A stretch of DNA of 54,804 bases. It comes from Parasitella parasitica NRRL 2501 (taxonomy: Eukaryota > Fungi > Mucoromycota). The notes under the pieces are model-generated. The model searched no databases. It was not told where the DNA came from and was given only the letters and a program-made list of their open reading frames with translations. Within the stretch, counting starts at the first letter, position 1. Every line of letters starts with the position of its first letter. The position numbers were made by a program, and so were the translations under genes. This document shows, piece by piece, positions 14,110 through 25,678 of the stretch. The stretch lies in the NCBI GenBank assembly GCA_025201805.1, contig MU619402.1, positions 5,475 through 60,278 on the forward strand, written 5' to 3'.

Positions 14110-14380
14110 GCCCTTCGTGGAGAAATGCTTTGAGTCAGTAGTCCTTGTGGATGAACCTCTCTCGATACCAGCCCTTTGGAGTCGATTCAATTCTTTTGGA
14201 TCATTTTGCTTTTGTCATGCTCCTCGGACATTGGGTTTTCTTCATTTTGTGCGAAAGAGATGCTTTGAGTCAGTAGTCCTTGTGGATGAACCTCTCTCGA
14301 TACCAGCCCTTTGGAGTCGATTCAATTTTTTTGGATCATTAGCTTTTGACTTGCTCCTCGGACACTGGGTTCTCTTTCGT
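14110..14380 (+). repeat. Tandem duplication, period 135 bp, 2 copies
   Basis: ATGCTTTGAGTCAGTAGTCCTTGTGGATGAACCTCTCTCGATACCAGCCCTTTGGAGTCGATTCAATT is identical at 14125 and 14260. Confidence 0.95.
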
Positions 14381-14479
14381 AGAAGAGCCTCTTATCATAT
14401 TGATATTTCATATTACTAACGTTTTATTTTATTTATTTTATTTTTTGTATGATGGTTGCTTTACCTGGCTGGAATGTGA

Positions 14480-15136
14480 TTGTTCAATTTGCCTGAGGGC
14501 ACTACATCGATGGCAGATACTACGAGGAAGGTTGTATTACGATGGCCGAACAAGGAGGACACATTGACCACTGGCATTCGTCCGGACGCCATTGTATCCA
14601 CCTTGGTCCAACGTGCATTTGGGCAATCCCTTGGTTTTGGAGAAGTCAAGCTTGGCGGTGACAACACCACCAATCATTCCCTTTGCTTGGACACGCTCAA
14701 GCTCGCCGTCTTGTCGCGCAACAGCGTCTTGAAGTATGACCATCCTATTCTCACTTTTCAAGTGAATGGTAAGAAGGAAAATGTTGCTACAGTGTTTATG
14801 GATCATAGCCATTTCACAATGCTTTGTAGAATTTCAATTAGTTTTTTATATGACACAAATGATACATAGCAGTTTCTTTACCATGACAGAAATTGGCCGC
14901 ATCACCCTGCCTGAAGCATTATCCTGCCTTCACTCATTCATCACACTGAAAAATATCCGTACGTTATTGCGCGTCACCCTTTTATTTTGGCATTGCTGTT
15001 ACCAAGCAGATTCATCACCATCTGTCGTTGCACCTCAACATTTTCTCCCTCTGCAAGTCCCCATACCACACAATTATTCCAGATGATTAACAATACCACC
15101 TCGAAGTGTCGTGACTGTTGCATCCAATATAAATAA
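14480..15136 (+). pseudogene. 5'-truncated, frameshifted gene of a PD-(D/E)xK nuclease-like family
   Basis: VLRWPNK...RPDAIVS...GFGEVK...DTLKLA...FQVNG, a GT..AG intron near 14769-14829, an in-frame TGA just upstream, and a frameshift near 15070 before LFQMINNTTSKCRDCCIQYK*. Confidence 0.6.
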
Positions 15137-15606
15137 AACTCATGCTATCAAATATATTTTTACGACTAAAAGTATTTGGACAAAGTGACCAAATAAAAAA
15201 AAACCGACTTAGCATGACTTAAATTTATGCCTTGCATTTCTTCTCCCTGTCCTTTTTTCATCAGAAGTAGTATATTCATCTACATATTGTATACTTGCTG
15301 GTTTGGTTGATATGAAATAAATGACGTTGCTTGTTAAATCGAAACTATTTAGTAAAATTGTAAATGAAAGAAAAATAGTCTTAGATAATTGTGGATCTCA
15401 AATGGTTTTAAAATAGTCTTGAAACTTTACTAATCTGTCTTGTGCCTGTTCCTAAAACGTACCAACATTTTCTTAACTTGTCCCAGCCAAGCTTTTATTC
15501 ATCTCAAATTAATTCACTAAAAAATTTACCTGTCCCAGCATAAAGAAAGTGCCATACTGAATTTGTGCCGATTGAATTGAAAGAAAGGGTGTATTACGTG
15601 ACTGTA

Positions 15607-17163
15607 AGAGTCCCATTTTTCTCAAAAGGCGGATTTTTCAAATTGTAGGGCGGTATATTCTTTGTTAAATGAGTATATACTTTTTTTATGAAGATGGCCA
15701 GGGAAACATTTGTGATGAAAATGGGCGCGATGCAATGGAATGCGAAGAAGAGATTAACCCCTTCCATCTAAAAACATTAACTCGTCTTTGACTTTACTGC
15801 GAGAAGCAAAATACAGAGCAGAAGGACACTGAGATGGAAGCCTTAGATGCTGAGATGGAGGAGATTGCCACCAACGTAAAGATCAATAGTGGTAGGAGTT
15901 ATAACAACTACACCAATGATCAGAAACTGCTTTTTGTCTACTACAATAGGATTAAGTTGTTCAATGCTGCCAAATCTGGTAGATTAGCAGGCGGTGTTGC
16001 TGAAAGAACTGCACAGAAATGGGCTAGGAGACTGAAAGAGGATAAAGATTGGGATATCTTCGAAAAACAAACCAATAAAATCAATAAATCAGCAGGCCAG
16101 CTTGATGAGAAGCATAAGATTCACCTTTTAAATTTTTATGACAGTAATCCTCAAGCCAGGGTTGTGGATGCAGTTTGTTCACTTACTGAAAAATTCGAAT
16201 CATTCACACTGAAAGAATCAAGTGTGAAAAGTTTCCTCAAAACAGAATGCAACCTTTCATTCAAAAAATCACTCGTCATCCAGCTCTCAGAAACGATCCA
16301 ACCAAAATTGCAAACCGCATAGCGTGGGTTGAGAAGTGGAGCAAAACAGATATGGATTACCTTGAAAATTGTGTTTTTGTTGATGAATCAGCTTTCGATA
16401 TCAATATGAGACCTCCAGGAGGATGGTCTATTAAGGGCACACCAGCTATTGTAATCACTCCTACCACCAGAGCAGTATCACACACAGTTTTGGGTGCAAT
16501 CTCGGCGAAGTATGTCGTGTCAATGGAGCTTCGAAATCCTCAGGAACACACATTCAAAAGGCTAAAAATCGATTCTGGTAATCGCAAAAGAAAAGCACCA
16601 TCAAAACCAAAGAAGCCTGCCTCCAAAGGAACTGTCACTGGCCATTATATGAATTTTATTCAGAAAACAATGGATGAAATGGATTGCATTCCGGAAATGA
16701 AAGGATATTATATAGTTATGGATAATGCACCAATCCATACATCTAACGAGATTGATACTATGGTGACAGAGAGAGGATATAAGTGCATTTATCTCCCTCC
16801 TTACTCGCCTGAACTTAATCCTATTGAGCAATTTTGGTCCATAGTTAAAAATAAGGTCAAACGTAGTCAATTTCAAACCAAAGAGGATTTATCAACAAGA
16901 ATAACTGAGGCTTGCAATAATCTTCCTCCAGAACATCTTCGAGCATTTGTACAACATTCGGTAAACATATTTGAAGATTGCTTAAAAGGCAATCCTATCT
17001 AATAAAATGTCACAAACAACTGTAAAAAATATCTACTGAGGATCGAAGAGACCGCCCTTTGAGAAAACAAAAACCGCCCTTTGGAAAAAAACAATCCGCC
17101 TATTGAGAATTTTAAAAACCGCCTTTTTATTTTAAAAACCGCCCTTTAGTGTTGCGCTAACTG
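15607..17163 (+). mobile_element. Tc1/IS630-family (DD34E) DNA transposon, probably inactive
   Basis: Transposase 15669-17002 with HTH region and VFVDES / MDNAPIH / PPYSPELNPIE (34 residues between D and E). In-frame TGA at 15789-15791 and a frameshift at the A6 run 16263-16268. Inverted GGCGG/CCGCC subterminal motifs at both sides; the right end is ...CTG|TA. Confidence 0.92.
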
Positions 17164-17423
17164 TAATCAACTATTTACTTGCTCAAGATACAAGTATACG
17201 GCTCATTGCTTACATGTGATCTGAAATCTTGATTCAGAAAAGTCTAGCACGACAGCAGAGTCTACAAATGCTAATCACCGGCAACTATCAAAGTTATAAA
17301 CTATCAGTTACACGAGGAAGAGGTTTTTCATTATAAGTAATTACCATCTTCCGTCTTTTTCTTTGGCCCCCCTTTTTTGTTTTATTTTGCAAACTCTCCT
17401 TTTTCAACAATAAGTTTTTCTAT

Positions 17424-17486
<63 letters not shown>

Positions 17487-17496
17487 CCATTCAATT

Positions 17497-19319
17497 ATGG
17501 TCCTACAGAAAGAGAAAATAAAGGTGCCTCGTAGTCTTCGATCTGCTCCACTGTCAGTCGTGAAGAATCAAATATCAACTCCAGTTATTCAGACATCAAC
17601 CAATTCGCCTAAGAAAGTAATCAAAGCATTATATGATTACAATGCACAAAGTCCAAACGAGCTGTCTTTTAGTAAAGGTGATTTCTTTCTAGTGACAAGC
17701 CACGAGGGAGACATAAACTTCTATGAAGCATTTAACCCAATGACTAATTCACGTGGCATTGTGCCTGCACCGTATTTTCAAGTATTGGAAAAGCATGAGC
17801 GGGTCATGGTCGATTCCACCCAAAAGAACAATCAGCGCAGCCAACAAGGTAGATCCGAAACGCATAATATAAACATTCCCATTAAAACAATAGTGAGTGT
17901 TTAGTTGAACAGCCAAAACCGAAGCCATTGTACGGACTAGTTCTATACGATTTCCAAGCCGAAAGAGCAGACGAATTAGATGCGAAAGCAGGAGAGCCTA
18001 TTATCATCATTGCCCAGTCTAATGCAGAATGGTTTGTAGCAAAACCAATTGGTCGTTTAGGCGGACCAGGCTTAATTCCTGTCTCCTTTGTCGATATTCG
18101 GGATGCGTCGACAGGGCTCACAGTGACGAATGATTTGATGCAGGCACCATCTTCATCGGTTTTTCCAAATGTCGAGGATTGGAAAAAACGAACACAAGTG
18201 TACGAAGCATCTAGTATATCGATTGGTAGAATGGAAAAGCAGATGCAACAAGTATCCATTGAAGAGGAAGAGTTTGACCCAGTCGATGATTACTACGATA
18301 TGAAAGATCATCAAAAACCTGACGCATTGCTGGATAATTATGGAATGAAGCATCTAGTCGATATATCGACATCTTCTATCTTGGATTCCCCTGTTCCTGC
18401 ATCTTTAAAAGCATCAAGAAGAGCTACTCACGATGATGGTTCTATTGTTATTTCGGCATATATTGATTCTCATATTCTAGAAGGAGATCAGTACTGGTTT
18501 ATTGTATTTGCTAGATTAGCCAATGGTAAATACAGAATCTTATATAGACTGTATGAAGGTATGAATGCAATGTAAATAACCTTATACTCAGGGACAAGGA
18601 GAAATAATGTTGGTTTTCAATAGATTTTTATGACTTCCAGATAAACTTTTTACAAGAGTTTCCGGCAGAGGGAGGAAAGAGGGATCAAACAAGAATTTTA
18701 CCCTATATGCCTGGACCATTAGATGCCGTAAATGAAGACATTACAGGTACTAGAAACTGCTGTTGAAATGAATGATTTATTCACGTGTTTTATATATTGA
18801 ATTATCATAGCGGATCGGGCTAGAGATTTGTCGAAATACTGTGATGATTTATTGCAATTACCTAAATATTTGTCTGAAAGCAGTTGGGTGCAAGAGCAGT
18901 TATTTGGCATTCATGAAGGTGATATCGAAACAGATGTTGATCCAGGTGTTGGCCGATCTGAATCGAATTCAGTTGACGCAACTCAGTCATTTGTTACCAT
19001 GGAAACAGCACAAGCACAGGACATATTATACCCACACCACGCACAGCCAAAAGTACTGCCACAGCAACAACAGCAGGCTGTACCAATAGCAGCCAACAAT
19101 AATAATACCATCAAGGTCAAGATTATATACCAGGATGAAATTTTCGCAATCAAAGTACGGGTGCCAAGCTCAGTGGAGTTTTTAAGGGGGAAAGTTGTTG
19201 ATAGACTAGGGTTTGATGTTCATCTCAAGTACAAGTCTGGAGATCGTTTATTTGAATTAAATACTGACACATTTGAAACAGCTGTCAAGCTAGGAAAATT
19301 GACAGTTGTGGCTTCTTGA
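17497..19319 (+). CDS. BEM1: Polarity scaffold Bem1/Scd2 (SH3-SH3-PX-PB1), 4 exons
   Basis: KALYDY...ELSFSKGDFF, VLYDFQAERADELD, WFVAKPIGRLGGPGLIPVSFV, PX domain RLYEDFYDFQ...LPYMPGP, PB1 domain IKVKIIYQDEIFAIKV. Confidence 0.93.
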
Positions 19320-19554
19320 GCATCCGTTACTATTTACCACAGTATACTATTATTATTTACTTTTACAACTTCTACTATTATCTGCAAACTATTTTTATTC
19401 TTTGTGTACAAATATTAATAAACACGTTTTTATTCTGCCCTATGTACAACAAGTTGAATATCCGCGTACTTGTTTTTGCCTTTATATTGATTTTTCTTCT
19501 TCTTTTTGATTCTTCTCTTTTCTTTTTCTCTTTAATTATTAAACAAGTGACAAG

Positions 19555-20702
19555 ATGAATGACAGCGATGATTTCGAACCTACCGCCACTAGCGGCTACA
19601 AGCCAGGAGAAAAGAAAACCATTGAAGAGCTTCAAACATTGGACGCCGAAGATGAATCTTTGAATAAATGGAAGAAGGCGCTTATCAAAGAAAAGAATTC
19701 AGGTAAGCGATTTTAAAAGTTTTTCTACTTTTTTTATTTACTTCTTTACTCTAAAAATTCTGTAGCTGCTAATGATCCTCTTAAAGTAAGTTTATTTTCT
19801 GTGCAAAGAAAGAGTTTTTTTTTTTTTTTTTTTTAATATTTCAACAGTNNNNNNNNNNNNNNNNNNNNNNNNNNNNNNNNNNNNNNNNNNNNNNNNNNNN
19901 NNNNNNNNNNNNNNNNNNNNNNNAAGAATTGTACAACAACAAGCTGCTTTGAATGATTTTTTTTTTTTTTTGAATATACAAATATGTGTGTGCGTGTGTG
20001 TGGGAAGCCAAAGCAACGACAAGAAAATCAAAGGCATCTCCTTACGCATTTATCTTTACCTAGGTAATTGTTGAAAATATCGCTCTTGAAGTCGAGGGTC
20101 GTCCTGATGTTGTAGTAAATTTATCTACAAAAAGTAAGTTGATTTTGTATTGATTTTGCTACAAAACTGACATTCTACTTTAATATCAATAGATGATATT
20201 GAACTAGCTAAGAATCAGACTTTCATCATCAAAGAAGGCGTTGAATATCGCATGAAGGTTAAATTCAGGTAAATGTTCTAGGCCATTACACAAACTTCCT
20301 TATTAAATGTCTTGTAGAATTGAAAACGACGTTGTTTCCGGTTTGAAGTACCTGCAAGTTGTTAAAAGAAAGGGTATAAAAGGTAGGGTCTCCTTTTTTT
20401 TTTTTTTTTTGATGGATAATTTTGTAAATCTTAATCAATTATCTTTTTATAGTTGATAAGACAGAAGAAATGCTCGGTAGTTATGGTCCTAATACTGAAG
20501 CCTATGAAAAGAAATTTCAACCTGAAGAGGCTCCATCGGGTATGTTGGCCAGGGGTGATTATACAGTTAAGGTAATTTGAACGTATTTCAACTTCATATA
20601 CTTTTTACTGATTTACTGATGCAGAGCAAATTCGTTGATGATGATAAAAACATACACATGGAGTGGGAATGGGGTTTTCAAATCAAAAAAGACTGGAAAT
20701 AA
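19555..20702 (+). CDS. RDI1: Rho GDP-dissociation inhibitor, many short exons (absent from the ORF track)
   Basis: Spliced reading: [40 protein letters not shown]...[15 protein letters not shown]...[14 protein letters not shown]...[12 protein letters not shown]...[11 protein letters not shown]...KFVDDD...[10 protein letters not shown]. Includes a 20-nt exon at 19766-19785. Confidence 0.95.
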
Positions 20703-21484
20703 AAAACAAACCCTAACCTCCTTACCCCTTCTATTATGCTTGCCTCCTCCTTTTTTTAACGCCCGAAAGATCGGTTTGAGTTAGTATTGAATAAATCTAT
20801 TCCCTTTTTCTGACACTGCAATTAAATTATAACCTATACAACGTTGTCTATTTTATGCGGATAATTTGAAGAGGTATTCAGAACATATACTACTGAGGAG
20901 CGTTTGTTTAACATCGTACTTTTGTTGCACATGCATCCCAATGCCGATTCTCACGTAAAGTCAACTGAAATGTTTACCATCTAATTAAATGACATGCCGT
21001 AGATGCCCTCCTTTGTTTCCAGGCTGTTTTCTTTGTTCCCGGAGTTTCTATCGTTGTCCATGCAAAGTGAACAGCGTCAGAATCATCTCCTTTCTATCTC
21101 AAGTACATACAGGAATTTGAACCGAAACTGCAAATAAAGTTGAACAAAATACCTCTTGCATTATTCTATAAAGTTATTTTGATTACGATTATATAATGCA
21201 ACTGACATACTGGGATTGTGATCTACCAAGAATAAAAGATCGTCTGACTATCCGATATTTCACATTACCAAGTACAATAAACGGATCGCAGAAAGTCCAA
21301 CAATGGTATGTATTCCATCGAGATTATACCAAGAAAAACTACCTTGGTTTCTTTGTAACAAAAAAGAAGTCCAACATCATGCTGTTGATCGTAGCCGAAT
21401 TTCTTGGTGCTGAATGAGCAGAGAGCTCTGGGAAACATAATATTATAACGACGCGATTTTATTTCAACTTTGCATTATTTTTGT

Positions 21485-22872
21485 ATGAAATTATTCAGCA
21501 TCTCATCGGATTTCGTTTCCCTTTCAATTGCTTTGCTAAGCTTTGTCAACGCAGTTGATATCACATACTCGGTTATTACTTTCCCTGGAGAATCAGACAC
21601 TGACGCTGTAATCCTTTGAGCTCCAATGTGTGCTCCCTATGCAACAGATTACCTTTATAGGTACCTATTTAATAATGAGCGTTACTAAGCCTGAAGCTGT
21701 TATGCGTCATTTACCTGATTCTGTCAAATCCACAGGCAATAAATTATTCAACAGATCAAGTATTGTGTCTGATGCGCCTGCTCTTCCTAGAGCATATAAT
21801 AATATCTATCCAGGTAGGGTGTTGTTCCTAAAGCAACTATTAAAGCTAACGTTTTTCGAAAAGTTCTTGAGAGCGGTATGAGCAATTCCACTTTGATTTT
21901 CAATGTCGACATGTAGGCTGTTGACAAAATTTTAGAGAAATCTACAGAAGACCTCTAGTTTGCTCAAGTTTACAACATGACTTTCGTCAGCCACGATGCT
22001 ATTTACAATTTCCAAGGCGCTGGTATAAAAAATACAGTGGTCAATGGTTCTCAAAATCAAGTTTAATAAGTTCAACAAAGCGGATTCAAACTTAATGCTC
22101 ACGCTGATTAACCTTTTTTTTTTTAAAAAAAATAAAATAAAATACGCTAATGAACCTACTATGATCAGAGAGAAGCCTATGCAGGACACCCTTTCTGCTA
22201 CTGGCGTCGCTACGCTTCATGGTAATTGGGTTCACGTCTTTATCAACAACGAAGTTGTCGGTTTATTTTTAATGATCGATGATAATATCAATGGTTTTTA
22301 CCGAGAACTTGATGAACGGCGGTATTTTCACCGTGGCTACTGGCGCTACATTTCAATGTAACTCACTTGGAGGCAACAAGACTGAAGCTGATCTTGTCTA
22401 CAAGGGAATTGAAAAGGAGCTTTGTGTGTGGAACGCTGCTTATTTGTTTGAAAAATGAGGGAAGAGACAACACCGTGACAGAAGGCGACTTTTCTGCCCC
22501 TCTTCTCAACTTTATGGAAAGGCTAAAACAAGACTATGGTTGGCTCTGATGCCAGAGATCCGGGTAACATCACAGACTTGATGGATTCTATAAATTACAC
22601 CAGATTCATACAGCCATGACCATACTCTCTGGCTCTTGGTATGGCTTCTGGTATGAGGGCAGCAATTTTTACTTGCATGAAAATTCGGACACCAAGAAAT
22701 AGCATTTGATCACCTATGATTTCGATGATAGCTTGGGTAATCTTTTTTGGAAGACTTGATAATCCTGGCTTAATGACTATCTCTTACCAAAACTACCGTT
22801 CCCGACAACTCGAGTTTAGCATCTACGAGACATATGTTTCTGTTGCCTCACCTTTTCAAGGAAGAACAAAAA
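21485..22872 (+). pseudogene. CotH kinase (spore coat/invasin family) pseudogene
   Basis: Signal-like start MKLFSIS...VNAVDITYSVITFP, STGNKLFNRS...PALPRAY, EPTMIREK...ATLHGNWVHVFINNEVVGLFLMIDD, GFWYEGSNF, LITYDFDDSLGN. Many stops and frameshifts; runs into an N gap. Confidence 0.8.
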
Positions 22873-23232
22873 NNNNNNNNNNNNNNNNNNNNAAAAAAAA
22901 AAAAAGCATTGCACGTAAAAGACTCAATCTCTTATTTTAAATCAATAAAATTACTCTCAATTACGTATTTTACCTCGTCTTACTGTAGAAGCCATCTCAT
23001 TGACAACAACGGGAAGTGTTATTCAATAAGTGTATCAAAGCTGCTTCCCATAGACACATGAAAACCATAGTATTAGCAAAACCCAAAGATCTGACTGAAC
23101 ATGATACGTGGACATTGATTGCCTTTGTCACTACAGATCATTCATAAATGTTACGCAAGAGGGCATTATTTTATTTAAACAAAACAAGAGATTTTTGTTG
23201 CAATAATTCATATGCTAATAGATAAAGGTTTG

Positions 23233-23451
23233 TTACATGGTGATGCCTTTACTCTGTTCACTCAGAAATACAAGGCCATCATTCAAAGGAGTTGTATCGG
23301 CAAGACTCTGGGTAATGGTAGGAAGAGGGCGACCAGATGCTTCAGAGCTATCTGACACTGATATGGATGTCGTTTTACCCTTGACAGAAAAAGCCAAACA
23401 AGTCAAGATGGCGAACAAGATGATCAATATTGTAGTAGTACGAGATGGCAT
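23233..23451 (-). CDS. Small secreted S/T-rich protein, paralog 1 (72 aa)
   Basis: Signal peptide, S/T-rich linker, C-terminal DTTPLNDGLVFLSEQ shared with its neighbours. Confidence 0.8.
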   Translation of the reverse strand: MPSRTTTILIILFAILTCLAFSVKGKTTSISVSDSSEASGRPLPTITQSLADTTPLNDGLVFLSEQSKGITM

Positions 23452-23927
23452 TTTTTATCAGTAAAGTGTGAATAATAAGAAAAGACGACACACAACACGA
23501 CATCTTTATAAAATTTGGGATTACTTGGGGGTTGCGTATGTGTCAGGCAGAGGATTGACTATGTTCTGCATGACTCCAATAATTTCATGGGAAAGACAAT
23601 TTTCGTCTTTAAAAATCGCTGCACATATGGATGTTGAAAAAGAAACGAGACATAATAAAGCCGTGTTGTATTATGGTTTGAAACACATCTCTAAAGCCAT
23701 TTTGAGTGGCCAGAAGCCCAGAACATCAAACAGGTTCATGTTATCTAGGATTGAAACACGTCCATCTTAAAATTTGGGATCCCCATTGTGCATTCAAGAT
23801 ACTTCTACTCATAACAAAATGAAAGTAGTGCATGACATGCAATGACCTATTATCTTATTGTTATTTTTTTTGAGTTTAATAGTGTCATCGTCTTTATAAA
23901 AAGTGATTGGACTGTAGTATTGGGCAA

Positions 23928-24185
23928 TTAAAAGCTGGTACCTGCATCTTGTTCACTCAAATAGAGAACGCCATCATCTGATTCAGTTGTGCTTTCGTAT
24001 TCATCAGGATATCCGGTGGATACAGGGAAGATGCTGGCAGGAAGACCATTCATGTGGTAAATAGGTGTTGCAGTAACATCAGCGTGAAATATGCTAGAGG
24101 TGACAGTAGTAGCAGTGCTTTTGGCGATTGCAATGTAGGCTAATGTAGCCAGAATAGTAAAGAACAGCAAAGCAGAAAATCTCAT
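23928..24185 (-). CDS. Small secreted S/T-rich protein, paralog 2 (85 aa)
   Basis: Signal peptide, GLPASIFP, DDGVLYLSEQ; TATAAA about 70 bp upstream on the minus strand. Confidence 0.8.
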   Translation of the reverse strand: MRFSALLFFTILATLAYIAIAKSTATTVTSSIFHADVTATPIYHMNGLPASIFPVSTGYPDEYESTTESDDGVLYLSEQDAGTSF

Positions 24186-25009
24186 TTTTTTGCACGTTCA
24201 TAAAATGTGACAACAACAGATTCAGTCGAGAGATTGGGCGTTTATTTACAAGTTTTTATAGCTTGAATTTCGAGCCATGCATTATTGAATAGAGACTGAT
24301 GAAAGAGTGATGTTGAAATAGCCTCAAACAAGCAAACAAGCAAATAAGGTTAATAAGGTTTTCAGGTGTCTGATAAATGACAACTATATAATTACCACTG
24401 GCAATTGAGATAAAATTACGCCAAGAGAAACCTTACATCTAAATTGTAAAAAGGATCTAGCCAACAGAAACACATGAAAAGATATTAACATTATCATACA
24501 AGATTTGCATTTTTTATTTTGCATCCAAGCATGTAGACTCTTTAAGGATCTTGGCACGTTGGAAGAATAGTGAGACAAAGCGACTTTTAGATTTGGACTA
24601 CACAGGACATTACCTTGATGTGTGTCGAAATTTTGCCAGTAGATGCGTTGGTATCTATTTCCCTATGTATTCTGAAATTGAATGAGTGCGGTGCAGTTCT
24701 ATAGTATATCAAGCGGCAGAAAGTACATGGCACAAGACACTTTTTGAAACTCTTGACACTTGGTAAGCCTATTTGGATGCTTGCTACGTTGAACCTGGAA
24801 GCTACTTGTGATGTTATATGCTGCTATCGACATGGAAGAAAAAAATTCGTAAATAACTGAACGTATGCCCAAGCTAGTCAAATCAGCTTTTTATGGTCAA
24901 TAATTTATTCATAAAATATTCAAATGCCTTGAAACGAACAATGAAGTACATGTAAATGGAATTTGTGTTTGGAGGTGGGAGATACTTGTTTTAGGTCTAC
25001 AGCAATCCA

Positions 25010-25333
25010 CTATGCGGAGTTTGTGGCTTTAGCCTGAAGACTCAAAGTCTCAAGACCATCGTAAAGAGGATTAGTATCAGAGAGATGCAAAGAATTGGTA
25101 GGAAAGATGCTAGCAGAAAGGCCCATGTTTGATTGGCTAGTGGGCTTTGAGGCAGAAGCAGATGAATGGATTGACTTTGACGCAGAAGGTTGATTAGTCT
25201 TTAAAGAGGATTTAGCTGTCTTGATAGAAGAAGAATGAGTAGTTGTGGTTGTGGTTGTGTTGGCAGGAGCAGCCATCGTCATAGCAACGAATACTGCAAA
25301 GATAACAGCAATGATGAGAGAACGAGCAGCCAT
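25010..25333 (-). CDS. Small secreted S/T-rich protein, paralog 3 (107 aa)
   Basis: Signal peptide ending ..AMTMA-AP, poly-T/S linker, GLSASIFP, DTNPLYDGLETLSLQ. Confidence 0.85.
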   Translation of the reverse strand: MAARSLIIAVIFAVFVAMTMAAPANTTTTTTTHSSSIKTAKSSLKTNQPSASKSIHSSASASKPTSQSNMGLSASIFPTNSLHLSDTNPLYDGLETLSLQAKATNSA

Positions 25334-25678
25334 TTTGATTGTTGGAAGAATAAGAGAAGAGTAAATGAAAGGCGATGTCTTGTAAGACTCGGTCGATTTC
25401 GATTAAATAGTGATCGACATTTTGAAGGTTTTGGTATGCCATATGGAGAGAATGAAGGTCCGTGCTTTAGTGTCTGCCAAGCCTGGAAGTATAAAAAGGT
25501 TTCAGTTCCAGGCTATTTTAATACGTTCAGACCTACCCAACATTTTCATCATAAATGATCATTTCTTGGCAAGCCTATACCATGCAAAAGATTTTTTTTA
25601 TTTTCAAGGGGAATTTGGGTTGTTTTTTATATACAATATTTTTGGTATTATTTTTTCTTTTTTTTTTTTTTTTTTTTT

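Noticed and set aside
13895-15606. Putative TIR pair TAGTGGGGTGATAC / CAGTCACGTAATAC around the nuclease relic
   Set aside because: Only about 10 of 17 positions match, too weak to call an element boundary.
17050-17150. Regularly spaced short repeats resembling a CRISPR or iteron array
   Set aside because: Eukaryotic context and units too short; explained as transposon subterminal repeats.
17377-17496. Poly-Phe N-terminal extension of Bem1 (and poly-Lys in ESS2 at 28152-28206)
   Set aside because: Homopolymer tracts in a 5' region and an intron, not coding.
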